A DNA stretch of 64,000 bases from an uncultured Actinomycetes bacterium (lineage in GTDB: Bacteria > Actinomycetota > Thermoleophilia > Gaiellales > JAICJC01), in contig CAVPWG010000005.1 in the NCBI GenBank assembly GCA_963709425.1, forward strand, positions 856,030-920,029. The letters run 5' to 3'. The position numbers and the translations under genes are program-made. The notes beneath the pieces were generated by a model. It made no database searches. It was not told where the DNA came from and saw nothing but the letters and a program-made list of their open reading frames with translations. Position 1 is the first letter of the stretch, and each line of letters opens with the position of its first letter. Below, piece by piece: positions 59,109 to 64,000 of the stretch.

Positions 59109-60087
59109 CGCGGGCTCCGTCCGGCTGGCCGACGACCGCGACCCGGCCCGGGCGCGGCGATTGACGCTGCGCCGGATGCCGGGCACGAGCGAGCCACGCA
59201 CCCACGAGGACGAGCGCGCCCGGCAGGCTGGCGACGACCGCCATGATGCCGTACGCGACGGCGGTGGCGACGCCCACATCCGCACCGAGGCCGGCGGAGG
59301 CGAACACCCACGCCGTCGCCCCCTCGCGCGGCCCCCAGCCGGCCGCGCTGGGCAGCACCATCGCGAGCATCGCAAGGAACGCAAGCGGCAGCATCCGGGA
59401 CGGCGGCGCGGTGGCGCCGGCGGCCCGCGCGGCGATCAGGAACGTGGCCGCGTGGCCGAGGACGACCACCGCCGACGCGACGGCGATGGCCGGGAACGCC
59501 CTCCGGGAGAGCAGCCCGTCGCGAAGGTCACGGGCGACCACGCGGCGCACCCGCGCCCACCGGGACCGCCCGCGGCCCGGCCGCGTCCGGTCGACCAGCA
59601 CGACGCCGATCACCGTCAGCACGAGGGCGACGGTCACGAGCGGCATGGACGACTGGACGGGCGACGGCAGCGCGAGGAGGACGACGACGGTGAGCACGAC
59701 CTGCACGAGCTGCCCGGCGGTGCGTTCCCATGCGACCGCACGCAGGGCCAGTCCCACATCGCGGACGTCGCGCCCGTGGCTGACGCCCCGGTGTACGTCG
59801 CCGACCACCCCGCCGGGGAGCGTGAGGTTCAGGAACACCGACCGGTAGTACGCCGCGACGGCGGCCGGCAGCGACAGGTCGACGCCGAGGCCGCGGGCCA
59901 CGATCGTCCATCGCCAGGCGCAGCAGACCGTGGTCATGAGGCCGATCCCTGCCGCCGCGGCGAGCGCACGGCCGTCCACCGCGCTGACGCCGTCCCGGAA
60001 GGGGCCCGTGCCCAGGCGCCAGACGACGATGGCGAGCGTCGCGGCGGCGGCCGCGGCGCGCGCCCACGCCCACATGGTCCGGCTCAT
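59101..60087 (-). CDS. Flippase-like polytopic membrane protein (UPF0104 / lysyl-PG synthase TM-region family)
   Basis: Last 328 codons of the composite ORF 59101..61392(-), from ATG 60087 (MSRTMWAWARAAAAAATLAIVVWRLG...). About 8 TM segments. The ATG overlaps (ATGA) the TGA that ends the restored methyltransferase frame. Confidence 0.7.
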   Translation of the reverse strand: MSRTMWAWARAAAAAATLAIVVWRLGTGPFRDGVSAVDGRALAAAAGIGLMTTVCCAWRWTIVARGLGVDLSLPAAVAAYYRSVFLNLTLPGGVVGDVHRGVSHGRDVRDVGLALRAVAWERTAGQLVQVVLTVVVLLALPSPVQSSMPLVTVALVLTVIGVVLVDRTRPGRGRSRWARVRRVVARDLRDGLLSRRAFPAIAVASAVVVLGHAATFLIAARAAGATAPPSRMLPLAFLAMLAMVLPSAAGWGPREGATAWVFASAGLGADVGVATAVAYGIMAVVASLPGALVLVGAWLARARHPAQRQSPRPGRVAVVGQPDGARDA

Positions 60088-60936
60088 CCCGGCCCCCATC
60101 GGCGCAAGGGCGCTCCCGGCAGGGCCAGCAGGTCGGTGTGACCGACCGTGACGCGGAGCTCCCCGGCTCGTGCTGCCGTCAGCCGGCGCTCGTGCGTAGG
60201 CATCGGCTTCGGCGGCCAGCTCGGCCTCCTGCTCGCACGCCGCGCCGACCCACCCGGCGAGCCACTCCGCCGCCAGATCGGCCTGGGCGGCGCCGAGCCG
60301 CCACGGGCTCGGGCGGTCGAGCACCTCGGCCCCCAGCCGCCGGAACTCCGCGACGGCCGCCGCGACGGCGTCAGGGCCCAGCAGACGCCCGGCGGCCGTC
60401 ATGCGGCGCTGGTGGGTGTCGAAGGCCGCCGCCACGCGGGGGTCGAGCGGATCCGCCGGCGCCAGGTCGACGCGGCCGGAGACCGATAGCGTCAGCAGCA
60501 CCGGGCACCGCGCCCCCGCGCAGGCGGCGACCAGCCCGGCCAGCTCGTCTCGGGTCATCAGGTCGAGCAGCGCCGAGGCGGTGATGAGGGTCGCGCCCGC
60601 GAGCTCGTCTGGTTCGAGCTGCGTGATGTCGGACAGCCTCGGCTCGACGACGACGGATGTCCCGTCGGCGGCCGAAGCGGGAACGTCGCAGGCGGCCACC
60701 TCGAGCAGGTCCGGGTCACGGTCGTGCACGACCCAGTGCTGCGGCCCCGGCAGGAGCGGCGCGAGCCATCGGCCCATCGCCCCGGTGCCGCAGGCGAGGT
60801 CGTGGATCACCCGGTGGCCGGTCGCCGGTAGGCGGCGCCGGAGGTGCTCGACGAGGTCGGGGGCCCTGGCAGCGGCGTCGGCGGGCTCGCGGAGGTCGAG
60901 CCACTCGGAGCTGACCCGGATCTCCTCGACGGTCAT
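60084..60936 (-). pseudogene. Class I SAM-dependent methyltransferase with a one-base frame break near 60193-60198
   Basis: From ATG 60936 (ATGA overlap with the GT stop): [20 protein letters not shown]...VIHDLACGTGAMGRW... After ...AEADAY the listed frame becomes Arg/Pro/Gly junk. The +1 frame reads HERRLTAARAGELRVTVGHTDLLALPGAPLRRWGPG* and ends at TGA 60084-60086. Span length is 3n+1. Confidence 0.65.
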
Positions 60937-61991
60937 CGCGCTGCTCCCGCCAGAACACCGGCGAGAACCGACGTGGTGGTCGACCACCGCGAGAGCGACG
61001 CGCGCCGCTCGCGGGCGGCCAGGCGCATCCGCCGTCGCAGCCCGGCGTCGCCGAGCCACGCCCGGAGCGCGGCGCCGAGCGCGGCGGGGTCGCCGGGCGG
61101 GACGAGCAGGCCCGGCCGAACACCGTCGGCGCCGTGACCGAGGGCCTCCGGCACCCCGCCGACCTCGGCCGCGACGACCGGCAGGCCGCGGGCGAGCGCC
61201 TCGGTGACGACCATGCCGTAGGTCTCCGAGCGCGACGCCAGCACCAGCAGGTCCGCGGCGCCGTAGCTGCGGGCAAGATCGGATCCGCTCTGCGGCCCCG
61301 GGAAGCGCATGCGCCCGGCCAGCCCGGCGTCCCGGACTCGACGGCGGAGGCTCTCGGCAAACGCCGCGTCGCGGTCGAGGCTGCCCACACACAGGCAGTC
61401 CCAGCGAAGGCCGGTCATCGGCGCGAGCGCGTCGAGCAGCACGTCATGGCCTTTGCCGGGGATCACCGCGGCGACGGAGAGCAGCGCTCCGGCGGTCTCG
61501 GTGCCCGGTGCGAGGCCGGCCGCATCGACGCCGGGCTCGGCGACGTGCACGCCGTCCGGGGGCAGCGAGTACAGCTCGAGGAGAATTCGCCGGGCCCACC
61601 GGCTGGTCGTGACAACCGAAGCGGCGGCCGCAAGGACCGCGGCCTCCCGCCTCCTGTCGCCGTCAGCTCCACCGCCGTGGCCCAGCGGCATGTGCACCAG
61701 CGCGACCAACCGAAGCCGGCCCGCCTGCGGCACCAGCACCTCCGGCGCGGTCGAGGCGACGAGCCCGTCGAGCAGCACGACGGCGCCGTCGGGGATCTGC
61801 TCGACGATGCCGGCGAGGGCGGCGTACGACGCCGCGCCGGGACGCGGCCAGGGGCCGGTGACGGCGTGCACACGCACCGACCAGCCGGCCTCCGCGAGCC
61901 CGTGGCACACCCGGCGGTCATAGGCGTTCCCGCCGGTCGGCCGGGCCGGATCGTCGATGCCGTCCGGCACCACGACGTGCACCTCCGTCAC
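60933..61991 (-). CDS. GT4-family glycosyltransferase
   Basis: 352 aa. C-terminal GT-B donor-binding block [36 protein letters not shown] overlap with the upstream stop. Confidence 0.85.
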   Translation of the reverse strand: MTEVHVVVPDGIDDPARPTGGNAYDRRVCHGLAEAGWSVRVHAVTGPWPRPGAASYAALAGIVEQIPDGAVVLLDGLVASTAPEVLVPQAGRLRLVALVHMPLGHGGGADGDRRREAAVLAAAASVVTTSRWARRILLELYSLPPDGVHVAEPGVDAAGLAPGTETAGALLSVAAVIPGKGHDVLLDALAPMTGLRWDCLCVGSLDRDAAFAESLRRRVRDAGLAGRMRFPGPQSGSDLARSYGAADLLVLASRSETYGMVVTEALARGLPVVAAEVGGVPEALGHGADGVRPGLLVPPGDPAALGAALRAWLGDAGLRRRMRLAARERRASLSRWSTTTSVLAGVLAGAAR

Positions 61992-62386
61992 AGCGCTCTC
62001 TCGTAGCTCGCCCAGGCGACGTGCGACTCGTGGAGCGTGACGACCAGCCCGTCGAGGTCACGAGCGGAGTCGCCCAGGGCGCCCGCATGCACGCGCTCGG
62101 CGAGTCGGTCCGCGATCACGCGGGCGAGGGCCTCCGTGGAGGTGTTCATGCCCGCGAAGGCCAGGTCGTCGTCGAGGTTCGAGTAGGTGAGCTCGGCCAC
62201 CACCGCGTGCAGCTCCTCGCCGGCTCGACCGATGTCGACCACGATGCCGTCGGCGTCGAGGTCCGCGCGCCGGAACGTGGCATCGATGACGTACGTCGCT
62301 CCGTGGAGCCGCTGGGCGGGCCCGAACACCGCGCCGCGCAGGCTGTGGGCGATCATCATGTGGTCGCGAACGGTCACGCTGAACAC
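61988..62386 (-). CDS. 6-pyruvoyl-tetrahydropterin synthase (PTPS/QueD) family T-fold protein, non-canonical active site
   Basis: 132 aa. Aligns by eye to the QueD N-terminus (xxAHSL...RLHGxTY), but the HGH reads HGA and an Ala sits where QueD has its catalytic Cys. Confidence 0.7.
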   Translation of the reverse strand: MFSVTVRDHMMIAHSLRGAVFGPAQRLHGATYVIDATFRRADLDADGIVVDIGRAGEELHAVVAELTYSNLDDDLAFAGMNTSTEALARVIADRLAERVHAGALGDSARDLDGLVVTLHESHVAWASYERAL

Positions 62387-62390
62387 GGGC

Positions 62391-63380
62391 CTACCCCTCG
62401 CCGTAGGTGATGGTGTGACACAGGGCCGGCAGGCGCCCGGCGGCGAGCCGAGCCATCACGTCGGGCAGCTCGTGGAAGCGCGACTCGCCGGTGAGGACGG
62501 CGTCGAAGGCCGGATCCCGCAGCAGGTCCAGTGCCAGCGCCAGCCGGTCGGCCGTCGTGCGGCTCCCGCTGCGTGCCGGGGAGATTGTGCCGACCTGGCT
62601 CGAGCGGATGCCGAGGCGCCCGGCGTGGAACGCCCCACCCAGAGAGAGCCGGACCTCCGTGTCGCCGTACCAGCTGAGATCGATCACGGTGCCCTCCGGG
62701 GCCAGCAGGTCGAGCGACCGCTGAAGGCCGGCGGACGTCGCGCTCGTGTGCACGACCAGGTCGCGGCCGTCGGAGGCATCGGCCGGGAGCGCGAAGTCGA
62801 CCCCGAGGGCGGCCGCGACATCCGCCCGGCCGGTATCGACGTCAACGAGCGTGACATCCATGGCCGGGTACCGCGCCAGCAGGCGTGCGACGCAGCAGCC
62901 CACCATCCCGGCGCCGACCACGGTGACCCGGTCGCCGACCAGCGGGGCGGCATCCCACAGGGTGTTGACGGCGGTCTCGACCGTGCCGGCGAGCACCGCC
63001 CGAGCCGGCGGCACGCCCTCCGGAACGACGAACACGGCGCCGGCCGGGACGACGTAGGCGGTCTGGTGCGGGTAGAGACAGAAGACGGTTCGGCCACGCA
63101 GCTCCGGCGGCCCCTGCTCCACGGCGCCGACGTTCAGGTAGCCGTACTTGACCGGCCCGGGGAAGTCACCCTCCTGGAAGGGTGCGCGCAGCCTCGCGTA
63201 CTGCTCCGGCGGCACGCCGCCCCGGAACACCAGCGTCTCGGTGCCGCGGCTGACGCCCGACCGCACGGTGCGCACCATCACGTCGCCAGGGCCCGGCTCG
63301 GGCAGCGTCACCGGCCGGATCTCCCCGCGACCCGGCGCACGCAGCCAGAACGCGTGGGCTGTTCCTCGATCGTCGACCAT
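62391..63380 (-). CDS. Zinc-type (MDR family) alcohol/polyol dehydrogenase
   Basis: ORF 62391..63458(-) trimmed to ATG 63380 ([17 protein letters not shown]...). GroES-like N-terminal domain. Rossmann [17 protein letters not shown]. Confidence 0.8.
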   Translation of the reverse strand: MVDDRGTAHAFWLRAPGRGEIRPVTLPEPGPGDVMVRTVRSGVSRGTETLVFRGGVPPEQYARLRAPFQEGDFPGPVKYGYLNVGAVEQGPPELRGRTVFCLYPHQTAYVVPAGAVFVVPEGVPPARAVLAGTVETAVNTLWDAAPLVGDRVTVVGAGMVGCCVARLLARYPAMDVTLVDVDTGRADVAAALGVDFALPADASDGRDLVVHTSATSAGLQRSLDLLAPEGTVIDLSWYGDTEVRLSLGGAFHAGRLGIRSSQVGTISPARSGSRTTADRLALALDLLRDPAFDAVLTGESRFHELPDVMARLAAGRLPALCHTITYGEG

Positions 63381-63579
63381 CGACCAGTTGACGCCGTTCA
63401 CGTGGCGGACATGTTCGCACGCTTCTCCTACCAGGATGCTCTTCGGGAGTACGCGCAAACGCCGCCCTCGGATTCACTTCCGGTCGCTGCGTGAACGCCA
63501 GGGGCAGCGCTTTGGGCGGGGTTCATCCCCTCGGGGCGATGCGGCTTCCGCCGCTTGGAGCCATCGTCGGTATATCGAG

Positions 63580-63924
63580 ATGACCGATGCGACCACCCAG
63601 TTCTTCGACGCGCTCGCGGCGCGCGGGCACGAACCGGCGCTGGCCAAGATCACCGGCACGATCCGGTTCGATCTCAGGGACGGCGACTCGGGCGCGGTGC
63701 GCTGGCTCATCACGATCACAAAGGGCGACATCGCGCTCTCGCACAGGAACGCCAAGGCCGACTGCGTCGTGCGGCTCGACCGAGCGCTCTTCGACCGCAT
63801 TGCGAGCGGTGAGGCGAACGCGCTGGCCGCGTTCCTTCGTGGGGCGATCGAGCTCGAAGGCGATCGCGGGCTGATGCTGGCGTTCCAGCGTGCGTTTCCA
63901 GGACCTCCAAGGAAGGGTGCATGA
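63580..63924 (+). CDS. SCP2 sterol/lipid-binding domain protein
   Basis: ATG 63580 within ORF 63148..63924(+): MTDATTQFFDALAARGHEPALAKITGTIRFDL...LDRALFDRIASGEANALAAFLRGAIELEGD. Typical SCP2 C-terminal pattern. Confidence 0.7.
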   Translation: MTDATTQFFDALAARGHEPALAKITGTIRFDLRDGDSGAVRWLITITKGDIALSHRNAKADCVVRLDRALFDRIASGEANALAAFLRGAIELEGDRGLMLAFQRAFPGPPRKGA

Positions 63925-64000
63925 CCAGCGATCTCGTCACGATCCTCGACGGCAACACATTCGTCGTCAGCGACTCCTGCGGCGACATCGAGGCGTCGCT
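63921..64000 (+). CDS. Start of a glycogen-debranching-enzyme-N-terminal-domain / amylo-alpha-1,6-glucosidase-like protein (partial, runs off the right edge)
   Basis: ATGA overlap with the SCP2 stop. My translation is MTSDLVTILDGNTFVVSDSCGDIEAS, which resembles the N-terminus of GDE_N-type proteins (LxDGxTFxVSDxxGDI) as I recall it. Confidence 0.45.
   Translation, partial: MTSDLVTILDGNTFVVSDSCGDIEAS

Noticed and set aside
59101-61392. 763-aa ORF that reads as a single giant protein.
   Set aside because: It is a composite. The first ~150 codons are out of frame over the GT4 gene. The middle is the SAM methyltransferase, whose true C-terminus is in the +1 frame. The last 328 codons are a separate membrane protein starting at ATG 60087.

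Overview
Very GC-rich (about 70% by eye, not computed) bacterial chromosomal segment. The gene content looks like Actinomycetota: a DivIVA-domain protein, a LAL/LuxR regulator, an F420-type NADP oxidoreductase, many GTG starts and many 4-nt start/stop overlaps. I call about 65 protein-coding features and found no rRNA, tRNA or CRISPR. Most very long ORFs in the six-frame track are antisense or out-of-frame artefacts of the GC content.

Main blocks:
(1) 1-8984: a non-pyrrolysine MttB-family/corrinoid methyl-transfer module (activase, pterin methyltransferase, corrinoid protein, IclR, MttB homolog, aminotransferase, 2-hydroxyacid dehydrogenase). A RAYT transposase gene and a 36-bp-phased palindrome array separate it from a homocysteine-methyltransferase operon.
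(2) 9-19.8 kb: c-di-GMP enzyme, ettA, two APC permeases, kynA.
(3) 19.8-25.3 kb: a TasA-like/SipW secretion-fibre locus flanked by secreted propeller proteins.
(4) modABC with an HTH-Mop regulator and a perfect palindromic operator.
(5) An alpha-oxoamine synthase coupled to a PAS-GGDEF-EAL membrane receptor and an MFS transporter.
(6) Housekeeping and regulatory genes.
(7) 54.9-64 kb: a tightly coupled, uncharacterised cluster. It combines a PTPS-like T-fold protein, Zn-dehydrogenase, GT4, methyltransferase, flippase-like membrane protein and RibD_C reductase with a CDP-alcohol phosphatidyltransferase-sulfatase fusion, an acyltransferase-3 and an SCP2 protein. This is my best candidate for an undescribed system.

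Four genes carry single-base frame disruptions.
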